Shown: piece after piece, positions 36,717 through 47,165 of the stretch | Position numbering within the stretch: position 1 is the stretch's first letter | Layout of the letters: each line of letters begins with the position of its first letter | The notes under the pieces: model-generated | What the model was told of the DNA's origin: nothing | Seen by the model: the letters and a program-made list of their open reading frames with translations, nothing else | Databases searched by the model: none | Assembly (NCBI GenBank): GCA_963664115.2 | Contig: CAXWPJ010000009.1 | Span: 1,120,001-1,184,000 of the forward strand | From: Terriglobia bacterium | GTDB lineage: Bacteria > Acidobacteriota > Terriglobia > 20CM-2-55-15 | Length of the DNA stretch: 64,000 nt | Direction of reading: 5' to 3' | Made by a program: the position numbers and the translations under genes

Positions 36717-38435
36717 CTAACGCGCCGGCGGGGTCTCCCCACCCGCCTCCGGCCCCGTGCCTCTCCCTCCGGTAACGCGGCTGAGTGCGCTCCCGACCAC
36801 CACCACGACTACAGCACCCACGACGTTGTACCAGAGAAACGAGATAGACGTCGTGACCGACACTGCGAACACCGAAGCCATTCCGGCGATCAGTCCGATG
36901 AAGGCGCCGTTTCCGTTGGCGCTCTTCACGCCAAATGCCAGTAGGAAGACGCCCAGCAGCGAGCCGTAGAACAGCGATCCGAGTTGATTGACGGCTTCGA
37001 TGAGGGAACCCAGCCGACCCGCGTAGAGTGCCACGACGCACGCCACCCCACCCCACATGAAGGTGCTGAACCGCGACACCCTCAGGTAGTGGGCGTCGGA
37101 CGCCCCGGTTCGGAAGTAGCGTTTGTAAAAATCGATTACGGTGGCGCTCGTAAGGGCCGTCAGCTCGGAGTCGAGGGATGACATCGCAGCGGCAAAGATC
37201 ACCGCGATCATGAGTCCGAGTATTCCCGCCGGAATGTAACGGATCAAGTAGGAAGGGAAGACGTAGTTCACATCGTTGGACGACGCACCTCGAACCTCGG
37301 TTATGAGTTCCCGGGCATCTCTTCGGAGGCCGGCCAGCTGTTCGTCATGGGTGCCGATTCGATTCCGTACACCGGAAACGTCCGCGCCGTTCTCTCTCGC
37401 CTCCAGGAGTTCGAGCGTGGCCTCGCGTCTCAGTTCGTGGATGCGGCCCTGTTCGTCCTCAAGAACCTGAAATTCTCCGGCCCGGGCGCTGGCTTCTACC
37501 GCCGCCACCTCGGCCGCGTTGAACACCAGCGGCGGTCGCTCGAAGTGGTAGAACACGAACAGCAGTACGCCGATGGCCAGGATGGCAAACTGCATGGGCA
37601 CCTTGAAGAAGGCATTGAAGATCAGCGCGAGCCGGCTCTGGCTCAGGGATTTGGCCGTGAGATAACGCTGCACCTGGCTCTGGTCGGCTCCGAAGTACGC
37701 CAGGGCAAGGAAGAGTCCTCCGATCATTCCAGACCAGATCGTGTAGGTGTTCGTCAGATCCCAGCTGAGGTCGATGCTGGACCACATATCCTGGATGCCA
37801 CCGATGTAGACGACGTCGGACAAGCCGACCCCGGCGGGAAGCGTGGTGAACAGTGCCACCAGCGCGACGGCAATACCCACGAACATCATGAGCATCTGGA
37901 CGACATCGGTCCAGATCACGGCAGTGATGCCTCCCAGCATTGTGTAGGCTATGGTGACCACGCCCATGATGAGGATTGTTATGGTCTCGTCCCAGCCCAT
38001 GATCACCGAAAGCACGATAGCCGGCGCGTAAAGAACAATCCCGGCCGCGATGCCACGCTGTATGAGGAAGAGGAAACTGGTCAGCGACCGCGTCTTCGCG
38101 TCGAAGCGCTGCTCCAGGTATTCGTAAGCGGTGTAGACCTTAAGCCGGTAGAAGAACGGGACGAAAACGGCGCACAGGATCACCATGGCCAGCGGCTGCG
38201 GGAGGTAGACCTGGATGAACTCCATCCCGTTGTCAAAAGCCTGTCCAGTGGTACCAATGAACGTAATGGCGCTGGCCTGGGTGGCCATGACGGAGAGGCC
38301 GATCGCAGCCCAGGGGAGTCGGCGGTTGGCGAGGAGGTATCCCTCCACCCCCTCGTTCTTTCTGCTGTGATAATAGGCGAAGGAGAGAACGCCGCCGAAG
38401 TAGACGGCGAAGACCGTCCAGTCGAGGGCGCTCAC
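36717..38435 (-). CDS. Sodium:solute symporter family protein
   Basis: TAYEYLEQRF, DQSQVQRYL, AAAMSS. Confidence 0.92.
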   Translation of the reverse strand: MSALDWTVFAVYFGGVLSFAYYHSRKNEGVEGYLLANRRLPWAAIGLSVMATQASAITFIGTTGQAFDNGMEFIQVYLPQPLAMVILCAVFVPFFYRLKVYTAYEYLEQRFDAKTRSLTSFLFLIQRGIAAGIVLYAPAIVLSVIMGWDETITILIMGVVTIAYTMLGGITAVIWTDVVQMLMMFVGIAVALVALFTTLPAGVGLSDVVYIGGIQDMWSSIDLSWDLTNTYTIWSGMIGGLFLALAYFGADQSQVQRYLTAKSLSQSRLALIFNAFFKVPMQFAILAIGVLLFVFYHFERPPLVFNAAEVAAVEASARAGEFQVLEDEQGRIHELRREATLELLEARENGADVSGVRNRIGTHDEQLAGLRRDARELITEVRGASSNDVNYVFPSYLIRYIPAGILGLMIAVIFAAAMSSLDSELTALTSATVIDFYKRYFRTGASDAHYLRVSRFSTFMWGGVACVVALYAGRLGSLIEAVNQLGSLFYGSLLGVFLLAFGVKSANGNGAFIGLIAGMASVFAVSVTTSISFLWYNVVGAVVVVVVGSALSRVTGGRGTGPEAGGETPPAR

Positions 38436-38584
38436 CGGCCGCTGAGGTCCAGAGTGACGGTGAGAATGTAGAGAACGACGATAAGGACAGCCGTGTAGAC
38501 CACCACAGTGCCGTAGAGCCAGCGCCAGTTCGGAAAGATGCCTATGCGTTCACTCTCCGTCTCTTTCCCTGGCTCGTCGTTCAT
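38432..38584 (-). CDS. Small membrane protein preceding the symporter
   Basis: FPNWRWLYGTVVVY single TM; stop overlaps the symporter start. Confidence 0.55.
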   Translation of the reverse strand: MNDEPGKETESERIGIFPNWRWLYGTVVVYTAVLIVVLYILTVTLDLSGR

Positions 38585-38731
38585 CCAACTCCCTGTGATC
38601 CGCGGCAGAAGTCCGCGGGGCGGTAGAATAGGCGAAATACGAGGGCCTTGCAAATCCGATCCAACCGGCGCCACTGGATGAAGAAGTTGACAGTTGCAGG
38701 TTCGGGAATCGCATTTTTCACTCTCAAGGGT

Positions 38732-39238
38732 TCACTTTTGACTTTTAACTTGGTTGCCCATCTCTCGTGACCTCACCTCGTCCTCACGCCCTCGTTTTCG
38801 GGCGATGCTGGAAGCGCTGATCAGAAGGAAAACGAACAGGGGTTCCCAGGTGATGCCTCCGACGATATGCCCCCAGAAATGTACGGGAAGTTCTACGCCG
38901 AAAGTGTAGGGTGGGGTGTGAAAAATCGTTGCCGTCCCGGTTCTCCACGTATAGCCCAGCGAAAGTGTTTCGACCAGCATATAGGGTGCGATCAAAGCAT
39001 AAGAGATGATGAGCCGCTCACGTCGTTGGCTTGGCTGGTAGGCAAAATACAGGATGGCGATCGCGATCACCACCGTCATGCTTGCGTAACGCGTGAGACT
39101 GTTGTCAACACCGGAAACGCTCAGGGCGAACCGTACACATCCGACGCCGAATATGGCGGGGACGAAGAACCGAAGAGCCCCAGAGAGAGTCCCTCCTCCG
39201 TTTGCGGAGAGGAGCAAATCGGTTAAAGTACGGCGCAT
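38732..39238 (-). CDS. Hypothetical membrane protein
   Basis: Multiple hydrophobic segments; start uncertain. Confidence 0.5.
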   Translation of the reverse strand: MRRTLTDLLLSANGGGTLSGALRFFVPAIFGVGCVRFALSVSGVDNSLTRYASMTVVIAIAILYFAYQPSQRRERLIISYALIAPYMLVETLSLGYTWRTGTATIFHTPPYTFGVELPVHFWGHIVGGITWEPLFVFLLISASSIARKRGREDEVRSREMGNQVKSQK

Positions 39239-39578
39239 GTCCGATTGCCTGTTCTGCAAGATTATCGAAGGGGAAATTCCGTCAACTAAAGTATACGAAG
39301 ACGATAGCCTTTATGCTTTCGAAGACATCAACCCTCAGGCTCCGACTCATGTTCTTGTGGTGCCGAAGGCCCATATCGCCACCTTGAACGATCTGAGGCC
39401 TGAAGACAAGCCGGTCGTGGGCCATATGCTTTATGCCGCGGCCGGTATCGCCCGGGACAGAGGAATTCATGAGTCGGGATACCGGACTATATTCAACGTG
39501 AATGCAGATGCCGGTCAGGTGGTTTTCCACATTCACCTGCATGTCCTTGGAGGGCGTCAATTGAAGGGGCTCGGTTAG
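39237..39578 (+). CDS. HIT-family nucleotide-binding protein
   Basis: MSDCLFCKI...GQVVFHIHLHVLGG. Confidence 0.93.
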   Translation: MSDCLFCKIIEGEIPSTKVYEDDSLYAFEDINPQAPTHVLVVPKAHIATLNDLRPEDKPVVGHMLYAAAGIARDRGIHESGYRTIFNVNADAGQVVFHIHLHVLGGRQLKGLG

Positions 39579-39634
39579 GATAATTTTATTGAATAATCCT
39601 AAAGAACCGGATCCAAGCTGTCGATTGAGACCCT

Positions 39635-40009
39635 ATGGATACGAGCGTTATGGCGATTCCAGATGAAAAGCGGCGTTCTGAGCGCATTGTCCCTATTGGG
39701 TCGAACGAGGATGTCGTCGTTCTCCACGTTGGAGACAAACAGCATCTGGCGAAGATCTTAGATCTCAGCGATGGTGGCGCATGTGTGTACCTGGTTGAGC
39801 CCGGAGTGGGGATCGAACAGGACGACTCGTTCCGGATGTCTCTCTATCACAAGCAAAAAATCGAAGATATCGAAGTCACCGCTTGCAGAAAGACGGGCCA
39901 GGTGATCGGCCTCGAGTTTCAGGGTCTGTCGGATACGGCCGAGGAACATGTCCGCGCCAAAATCATTCGGCTGGAAGTCGAATGGATGCGCATGAAGCCC
40001 AAGGTCTAA
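39635..40009 (+). CDS. PilZ domain protein
   Basis: RRSER and DLSDGG motifs. Confidence 0.8.
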   Translation: MDTSVMAIPDEKRRSERIVPIGSNEDVVVLHVGDKQHLAKILDLSDGGACVYLVEPGVGIEQDDSFRMSLYHKQKIEDIEVTACRKTGQVIGLEFQGLSDTAEEHVRAKIIRLEVEWMRMKPKV

Positions 40010-40055
40010 CCCCCCTCCCCACGATCCCTTTATTCCCATCAGAGCAGGAACTTTC

Positions 40056-40205
40056 ACCGCAAAGGCGCAAAGAAAGACAATGGGGTCTCTGCGTGTCTTT
40101 CAATCAAAATCTGCGTTGGCAGCGACGCCCTCAAGAACCCGAAGAAGTCCGATCAGGACATCTCTACACACCATAAAGACCTTTGCGTCTTTGCGCCTTT
40201 GCGGT
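40056..40205. repeat. REP-like element, 18-bp perfect IR
   Basis: ACCGCAAAGGCGCAAAGA ... TCTTTGCGCCTTTGCGGT between convergent genes. Confidence 0.85.
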
Positions 40206-40217
40206 TTGATCCCCTTC

Positions 40218-40781
40218 TTACGCCTTCGATTTCTGGTCTGTCGGGTTGCGGCTTTCCAGTTGTTCCCGGTAGGTTCGGCGCATACGATCAAAGAATTTCT
40301 GGGAGGCTGGAGACTGGTAGTCCGGGTAGGTCCACGGAAAGAACTGATTCCCGTTCTTCTTGAAGTGCATTGTGACCTCGGCAAAGATACCGCTCCCAAT
40401 ATATGCTCGGTGGTAGAAGTTCTTTGTCGAAAAGAGAATAACCTTGGACTGCTCGATGTAGCCGGGATCAAGATTCACAGGCCGGGTAACCCCTTTCGAG
40501 ACAAAGGCGAGTTCGGATTCGATTCGGTTGGTTTCCAGTTTCATGGATTCCAGGCTGTCGGCTGTTACGAGGTTCTCGAAGGAAAAAAAGATCCGGTCGA
40601 GTGCGTCCCCCATTTCTTCTGAGTAATAATCAGTGGACTCAAACTTCAGGAGGCCGGTCTGATCGTCGATCGGTCCGAAGAGAGTCACGAGCTGTTCCCG
40701 GACCAATGGGACCAGTTGTTCGTCGGAGAACAGGACACCCGCGAATGGCTTGACTGGATTGAACGGTCGCACGTTACCCAA
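40218..40781 (-). CDS. DUF4416-like protein
   Basis: TDYYSEEMG, RPVNLDPGY, FPWTYPDY. Confidence 0.8.
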   Translation of the reverse strand: MGNVRPFNPVKPFAGVLFSDEQLVPLVREQLVTLFGPIDDQTGLLKFESTDYYSEEMGDALDRIFFSFENLVTADSLESMKLETNRIESELAFVSKGVTRPVNLDPGYIEQSKVILFSTKNFYHRAYIGSGIFAEVTMHFKKNGNQFFPWTYPDYQSPASQKFFDRMRRTYREQLESRNPTDQKSKA

Positions 40782-40825
40782 GTTTCTAAACCTCAACAGT
40801 AGCCCGGAAGTCACAATACTACGCC

Positions 40826-41788
40826 ATGGCAGCCCCCGACAGCCCACCGTCCTTGAAGGAACTGGAGAAGCGGTATGCGGGAGGGAAAGACGGCCTCTCT
40901 TCCCGGATATTACGAAAGTTGCAGAGGGATGACCGGATCGGTGGGCAGAAACTCTACCGGAAGCTGAAGAGAAAGCTTGACCTCGAAAAAAAGGAAGAGG
41001 CTCGCCTCGATGCGATGTTCCATTTCGAGGAACTCCTTTGGGCGAGGGGGCTCGAACGTGTCGCGGGCGTTGACGAGGTAGGAATCGGTCCGATGGCCGG
41101 CCCGGTTGTTGCTGCTGCAGTCGTCTTTGGGCCCGGTGCTCGAGTCGATGGTGTCGACGATTCAAAGCGCCTTCGGCCGGATGTGAGAGAGTCTTTGGAT
41201 GTTCAGATTCGGGCCGTCGCGTTGGGTATCGGCGTTGGCGTTATTGAGCCCGATGAAATAGACCGCCTCAACGTCTACAACGCCGGTATCAAGGCGATGC
41301 GTATCGCCGTCGAATCTCTGGAAGACCCTCCCCAGCATGTATTGGTCGATAGCCGGACGATTCCCGGACTGCGGCAGCCTCAGAACAGCTTCAACGGTGG
41401 AGACGGCATCAGCTTTTCGATTGCATCCGCTTCCATAATCGCCAAGGTATTCAGGGACCGGTTGATGGTTGAGATGGATGATCGCTTTCCCGGTTACGGT
41501 TTCGCCCAGCACAAGGGGTATTGCACTGCCATTCATCAGAATGCTGTACGCCGCTTGGGCCCGTGTCCTGTTCACCGCAATTCGTTCGACTTCATTAGTG
41601 AAATTCAGGGCGAATACCACTCGGACTTTTACATGCTGAAACAGGAAATCCAGTCTGTAACAACGTGGAACGAGCTCCAGTCCTGGGATGAACGATTCGC
41701 GAGCAGGCGGGGGAATCTTGACCAGGTCGAAAACCGCAAGTTGAGCATCCTGGCAGGTCGCCGACGTAAAAGACTTCAGCCCAGATAA
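40826..41788 (+). CDS. rnhB: Ribonuclease HII
   Basis: GVDEVG, DDSKRL, IASASIIAKV, HKGY. Confidence 0.92.
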   Translation: MAAPDSPPSLKELEKRYAGGKDGLSSRILRKLQRDDRIGGQKLYRKLKRKLDLEKKEEARLDAMFHFEELLWARGLERVAGVDEVGIGPMAGPVVAAAVVFGPGARVDGVDDSKRLRPDVRESLDVQIRAVALGIGVGVIEPDEIDRLNVYNAGIKAMRIAVESLEDPPQHVLVDSRTIPGLRQPQNSFNGGDGISFSIASASIIAKVFRDRLMVEMDDRFPGYGFAQHKGYCTAIHQNAVRRLGPCPVHRNSFDFISEIQGEYHSDFYMLKQEIQSVTTWNELQSWDERFASRRGNLDQVENRKLSILAGRRRKRLQPR

Positions 41789-41948
41789 GCGCCTCATTAA
41801 AAAGGCTTTGATCAGACTGCAGCGTTGCGCCGGCTTGTAAGGTGGGGGCGACTTGCTGTATATTTTGCCAAAATTCCGATCGGATATTCATGTCAAGTCC
41901 TTGCTTCCGCGCGCAGGCATTCTGGATCGTGAGTTCAGCGGAATAAAG

Positions 41949-44012
41949 ATGCATTCGCAGAGGTTCAAAGACCCCCTCCTCAGTCAAGCTCGTGCGGTCA
42001 CTTATATGTGTCCGCTGATCGAAGAAACTTTGAGGGCGTCCCGGATTCAGCCGAATCGCGAACAAATCCTCGATCGTTTTGTGACCGGACAGCCACGCAT
42101 CGCTGTTGTTCGCGGATCTGAAGATCACCCTTATAGCGTGGGTTGTCGGGATATCGTGCGTCGCCTCGTCCGGCAGGTCTGGACAGAGGGGGCATTGCCG
42201 ATCGAGGTTTCTCAGGCCGTTCCTTGCGAGGAATTGTCCCTGGCTCTTCCCGGATCCCATTACGCTTTCCTTGGGCGTAATGTTTGTGCGGCCAACTTCG
42301 GGACGCTGATGGAAGCCCACGGTTATGACGCAGCCATGGTCATTGGCGCCTGCGACAAGATGCTGGCCGGAGTGTTGCGGGCCCTCGTTGAAGCGGATCT
42401 GGCGCGGCAGAATAGGAAAGCGCGCCCCGTCTACGCTCTTTTCATCCCTCCCAACATTAGCAGCGAGGTCTATCTGGACGAAGAACAGCGCCGGCGTTTC
42501 GACTATCTTCGGGACAAGCTCACGAATGCGGAGTGCAAGAAATTATTTGATCTTCTGGACCGGCCGATAACAAGCGAACTTTACGGAAAGATGAAGGCGT
42601 GTCTGGATCGGGCCTTTCGGAAACGGCTAATTCCGGAAATCGACAAGGATGAGCTCGAGAGAGTGTTGGCCAAGCTGGCGTTGGCGCCTGGAGCCCTCTG
42701 CGCGTCTTCGGAGGCTTCCATCGTTAACCGGTTGATGGTTGCGACCTTCGGTCTTGTGCCTCGGCAGATGGATCTTTCCCGAACGCCGCCCCAGGATAAA
42801 CAATTGTCCTATGCCGTTCGCCTGCTTCTTCAGGGGATTCACAAACGGGAGCGCCGAATCAGCATTTCGCAACTGGTGAAGAGCAATCTTCAAAACGGCC
42901 TTACCGTATGGAGTGCGACCGGAGGACATCCCTCCTGGTTGCTCCATCTGAACTACCTGGCCGAGGCGCTGGGCGTCCGCTTGAGTCCCGCGCTACTGCA
43001 GCGCAAGATGTCTAAGGTGCCGCGTTTGATTTCCTTCGATGATGGCAACGGTCTTCCGGCACATGGTGTGGCCGTGGAAACGGAGTCGGGGAAGAATTCC
43101 GGCATCGATACGCTCATGAGGACGCTGTCGGAGAAGCGCCTGATTGACGATCGGGCGGCGACACTGGAAGGGTCCTGGATGCACCGGATCACGGAAGCAC
43201 GGTCGGCTAACGGGCGCTATTTCCACTCGACGATAACGCCGTGCGCGCCGAGCTGCGGCCTTGCACGCGTCCATGGCAATTTTTCCAGCGGGGCACTGGT
43301 GCAGTTTGGCCAGAAACACGATTTTGCCGGGTACGACAAGAAAATTTATCTGGCGGATTTCTATCTTGGACTGGAGGAGTTCAGGGAGGCGATGGCCGAG
43401 CCGAACGGTGCGCTGGAACGCATTCGCCGTAAAGTGACCCGCGAGGGTTTGTACAAGACAAGCGCTATTAACTGGGGCACAGCGCTAAATGGCAGTGCCA
43501 TCGGGAACGGGAATCTAGAGCGTTGGAGTAAGCAGAAACTTTGGAATTACCTTTTGGATCGAAATCTCTTACGCTGTCTTCTGTTCGTCGCGGGAGAAGG
43601 TCCGCGAGCTTCTGGGATGCCTCAGGTCGGCCTGCCGGAAGCGATTGACGACTCGGTGATCCGGGAAAACTGCGTGATCGCCACGGACGGTCGTGTAGCG
43701 TTTGGCAGTGACACGATGTCGATTGTGCATATCGTTCCCGAGGCCATTGACGGCGGTGGCCTGGCGGGTATCAGGACCGGCGATTGGGTATATCTCAACA
43801 TGCGCAAGGGTGAATTTCAGATTGTCACGTCCGCACGGAATGCGGCCGGATTTCGTGTCGTATCGCAAAGGGAGATTGCCCGCCGAAGCGACGTCAACAG
43901 GCGCGTCCATGAACTTGAACGGCGCCGCCAGGCCTTCCTGCCATCCATCCGCTCCATCCTCGACAGTGTCTCCTCGGCCGCAGAAGGCGTCTCCCCCCTC
44001 ACTAGACCCTGA
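41949..44012 (+). CDS. Divergent IlvD/Edd-family dehydratase homolog
   Basis: GACDK, ATGG..LLHL, GEGP..SGMP, TDGR, HIVPEA..GG. Confidence 0.72.
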   Translation: MHSQRFKDPLLSQARAVTYMCPLIEETLRASRIQPNREQILDRFVTGQPRIAVVRGSEDHPYSVGCRDIVRRLVRQVWTEGALPIEVSQAVPCEELSLALPGSHYAFLGRNVCAANFGTLMEAHGYDAAMVIGACDKMLAGVLRALVEADLARQNRKARPVYALFIPPNISSEVYLDEEQRRRFDYLRDKLTNAECKKLFDLLDRPITSELYGKMKACLDRAFRKRLIPEIDKDELERVLAKLALAPGALCASSEASIVNRLMVATFGLVPRQMDLSRTPPQDKQLSYAVRLLLQGIHKRERRISISQLVKSNLQNGLTVWSATGGHPSWLLHLNYLAEALGVRLSPALLQRKMSKVPRLISFDDGNGLPAHGVAVETESGKNSGIDTLMRTLSEKRLIDDRAATLEGSWMHRITEARSANGRYFHSTITPCAPSCGLARVHGNFSSGALVQFGQKHDFAGYDKKIYLADFYLGLEEFREAMAEPNGALERIRRKVTREGLYKTSAINWGTALNGSAIGNGNLERWSKQKLWNYLLDRNLLRCLLFVAGEGPRASGMPQVGLPEAIDDSVIRENCVIATDGRVAFGSDTMSIVHIVPEAIDGGGLAGIRTGDWVYLNMRKGEFQIVTSARNAAGFRVVSQREIARRSDVNRRVHELERRRQAFLPSIRSILDSVSSAAEGVSPLTRP

Positions 44013-45854
44013 ACAAGCGTGATTGACGAGGAAATGATAGTGCAATAAGAGCGGAAGTACCCGAAATGCCCCCTCTCCGTGCGAAAAAAACCTTGAACAG
44101 ATTCTTCGGAAAAGGAGGCATTTCAGATGAACGATTATACGCGCAAGAACATGAGGAACCGCAAGCGGCGAATCGAACGTCGGCTTGGGGACCGGCATTG
44201 GACGGATCAGGTAGAGCCGATGTTTTCGGCGAGCAACATTCAGTACGAGATGGGAGAGCGGACGCGGGGCACATCGGTTGGTGGTATCGGGACGATGCAA
44301 CTGGTGGCGCGGCGGACCGGGCTGATCGAAGCCATCGACAAGGGCGTGCATGTGTTGAAGCGGCACCTGCCGTATCACGAGTCGGATCACGTGCTGAACA
44401 TCGCCTACAACGCCTTGAGCGGAGGAACGTGCCTGGAAGACATCGAACTGCGGCGCAACGATGCGGTGTATCTGGATGCGCTGGGAGCGCAACGGATTCC
44501 GGATCCGACGACGGCGGGAGACTTCTGCCGGAGATTCGAGGCCGACGACGTGGAGTGTCTGATGGAGGCAACCAATCAAGTCCGGCTCGGAGTCTGGCGA
44601 CAGCAACCGGCGGCGTTTTTCGAAGAAGCGGTGTTGGACGCGGACGGGACACTGGCCGAAACCACGGGGGAATGCAAGCAAGGGATGGACGTGGCCTACG
44701 ACGGGACGTGGGGATATCACCCGCTGATGATCTCGCTGGCCAACACCGCCGAACCGCTGTATCTGGTCAATCGTAGCGGCAACCGGCCGTCGCATGAAGG
44801 AGCCGCGGTCCGGTTCGACCAAGCCATCGCATTGTGCCGGCATGCGGGGTTTCGCCAGATCCTGCTGCGCGGGGACACGGACTTCAGCCAGACCCGGCAT
44901 CTGGACGGATGGGACGACCAGCAGGTGGGTTTCATATTCGGGATTGACGCGATGGCGAACCTGAAGGCCCGGGCCGATGAACTGGAGCCGCGCCAGTGGA
45001 AGCGCCTGGAACGGCCCGCGAAATACGACGTGGCGACCGAACCGCGCCAACGTCCCGACAACGTGAAGGAAGAGATCGTTCGGCAGCGCGGTTTCGACAA
45101 TATCCGCTTGCAGGGTGAGGATGTGGCCGAGTTTCGGTATCGACCCGGAGCCTGCGATCGGGACTACCGTGTCGTCGTGGTGCGGAAGAATCTGTCGGTG
45201 GCCAAAGGAGAGCAGGTGTTGTTTGACGACATCCGGTACTTCTTCTACATTACCAACCGTTCGGATCCGGCCGACCAGATTGTGATGCGTGCCAATCAAC
45301 GGTGCAATCAGGAGAATCTCATTGAGCAGTTGAAGAACGGCGTTCAGGCGTTGCGGATGCCGGTCGGAGATCAGACCAGCAACTGGGCCTACATGGTGAT
45401 CGCGTCACTGGCCTGGACACTGAAAGCGTGGTTTGCATTGCTGCTTCCCGAAACCGGACGTTGGGGCCAAAAATATCAGGCTGAGAAGCAAACCGTGCTG
45501 CGCATGGAGTTCAAAACCTTCTTGAACGCTTTCATGCTTGTGCCGTGCCAACTCGTGCGCACCGGGCGGCGCATTCTGTTCCGGATCCTGGCCTGGAACC
45601 GGTGGTTGCCGGTCTTGTTCCGCGGGGTGGATGTGTTGCGTCAGCCTCTGCGATGTTGACCCGATCATGACTCTGAGCCCGGGCGATCGAGGTCCCGGTT
45701 TCTGTCAACCGTCCAACACCAGCGAGGCTGAACTGAAACAGATTCAACAGAAACTCGATACCTGGAACAGGCCATCCGGGAACGGGATTCTATGCCTCGA
45801 ATTCTATCGGCGCGAACTGGGCCTCGGCGGACTGGTTATGCGCTTGTTTTGGGT
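44006..45854 (+). mobile_element. IS1380-family element; transposase 44127-45659
   Basis: IRs ACCCTGAACAAGCG / CGCTTGTTTTGGGT; CTAG duplication at 44002-44005 and 45855-45858; LRGDTDF and RCNQENLIEQLK motifs. Confidence 0.9.
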
Positions 45855-45866
45855 CTAGACTCAGGC

Positions 45867-46196
45867 ATGTCTCGATCCTCTGCCGCAGCCCTTCCTCAGA
45901 CGGACACGTCAACCGATGTCCGACTTGAAAAGCTCTACCACGTCATTCTTCTCAACGACGAAGATCATACCTACGACTACGTTGTCGAAATGATTCAAAA
46001 ATTGTTCGGTTGCACCGAATCGCGGGCCTTCTCTCATGCCGTCGAAGTGGACACGAAAGGGACCACGATACTTTTGACGTGTGAGTTGGAAAAAGCGGAG
46101 TTGAAACGGGATCAGATTCACGCTTACGGCGCGGATCCCCTGATGCCCCGATCCTTGGGCTCTATGGCCGCAATCGTCGAACCCGCCGCAGGATGA
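45867..46196 (+). CDS. clpS: ATP-dependent Clp protease adaptor
   Basis: YHVILLNDEDHTYDYVV...EVDTKG. Confidence 0.88.
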   Translation: MSRSSAAALPQTDTSTDVRLEKLYHVILLNDEDHTYDYVVEMIQKLFGCTESRAFSHAVEVDTKGTTILLTCELEKAELKRDQIHAYGADPLMPRSLGSMAAIVEPAAG

Positions 46197-46208
46197 GTGC
46201 AGGGATCT

Positions 46209-46294
46209 TTAACACGAAGGACACGAAGGAGAAACGGAGAATACCTCAGTCATTCTTATCCTTTCCTTCGTTGCCTTCGTGTCTTCGTGTTTAA
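46209..46294. repeat. REP-like inverted repeat between convergent genes
   Basis: AACACGAAGGACACGAAGG ... CCTTCGTGTCTTCGTGTT. Confidence 0.75.
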
Positions 46295-46306
46295 AAACCG
46301 GATCGC

Positions 46307-47035
46307 TCAGATCGCCAGGCCGCCGTCGACCTGGATGACCTGCCCGGTGATGTAGGCGGCTTCTTCCGATACCAGGAATTTTGCGATGCGGGCGACTTCC
46401 GAGGGTTGCCCGTAGCGGCCGAGTGGGATCTGCTCGAGTGCCTTCTGCCGATATTCTTCGGCCATTCCCCGTGTCATATCAGTATCGATGAGTCCCAGTG
46501 CCAGGGCGTTGACCGTGATGCCGGCCCTCGCCAACTCCTTGGCCAGGGCCTTGGTGAACCCGATCATGCCGGCCTTTGATGCCGAATAGTTGGTTTGGCC
46601 CGGCAGGCCCACCAAACCGCTGATGGAAGAAATATTGAGGATGGTTCCGGAGCGCTGCTTGAGCATGGCGGTGGAGACGGGACGCGTGAAGTTGTACAGG
46701 CCTTTCAGGTTGGTGTCGAGGACTGCGTCCCAGTCGGCTTCGCTCATGCGCACCAGTAGTTTGTCGCGCGTTATGCCGGCGTTGTTGACCAGGATGTCGA
46801 TGCGCCCTAACGATGCACGCACCTCTTTCACCACTTCCGCTGCGCGAGCGCTGTCAGCGACGTCGGCCTTGAACGCGAAGATGTTTTCGCCGTCGGCGAT
46901 TTCATCGGCTAGGGCACTATTACTGGCATAAGTCAGGACCACCCGGGCACCGTCGGCGGACAAGGCCTCTACGATGGCTCGACCGATTCCCCGGGTTCCA
47001 CCCGTGACGATCGCCACTTTGTCGGACAGGGACAC
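46307..47035 (-). CDS. fabG: 3-oxoacyl-ACP reductase (SDR)
   Basis: TGGTRGIG, NNAGITRD, NYSASK. Confidence 0.85.
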   Translation of the reverse strand: MSLSDKVAIVTGGTRGIGRAIVEALSADGARVVLTYASNSALADEIADGENIFAFKADVADSARAAEVVKEVRASLGRIDILVNNAGITRDKLLVRMSEADWDAVLDTNLKGLYNFTRPVSTAMLKQRSGTILNISSISGLVGLPGQTNYSASKAGMIGFTKALAKELARAGITVNALALGLIDTDMTRGMAEEYRQKALEQIPLGRYGQPSEVARIAKFLVSEEAAYITGQVIQVDGGLAI

Positions 47036-47165
47036 TGGACCTCCTAGGCGATGGCCGGACACTTCAATGATTTTGGTTTACCGTTCCGGCGAGACTGTGA
47101 TTAAGGGCCGGATTGTACCAGATGAAGTGAACGGACGTTTGTGTCGGGATCGCTTGAACAAGCGA

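Noticed and set aside
37347-38471. 374-aa plus-strand ORF
   Set aside because: Antisense shadow of the symporter; no recognisable motifs.
43569-45299. 576-aa minus-strand ORF
   Set aside because: Antisense shadow of the IS1380 transposase and the dehydratase.
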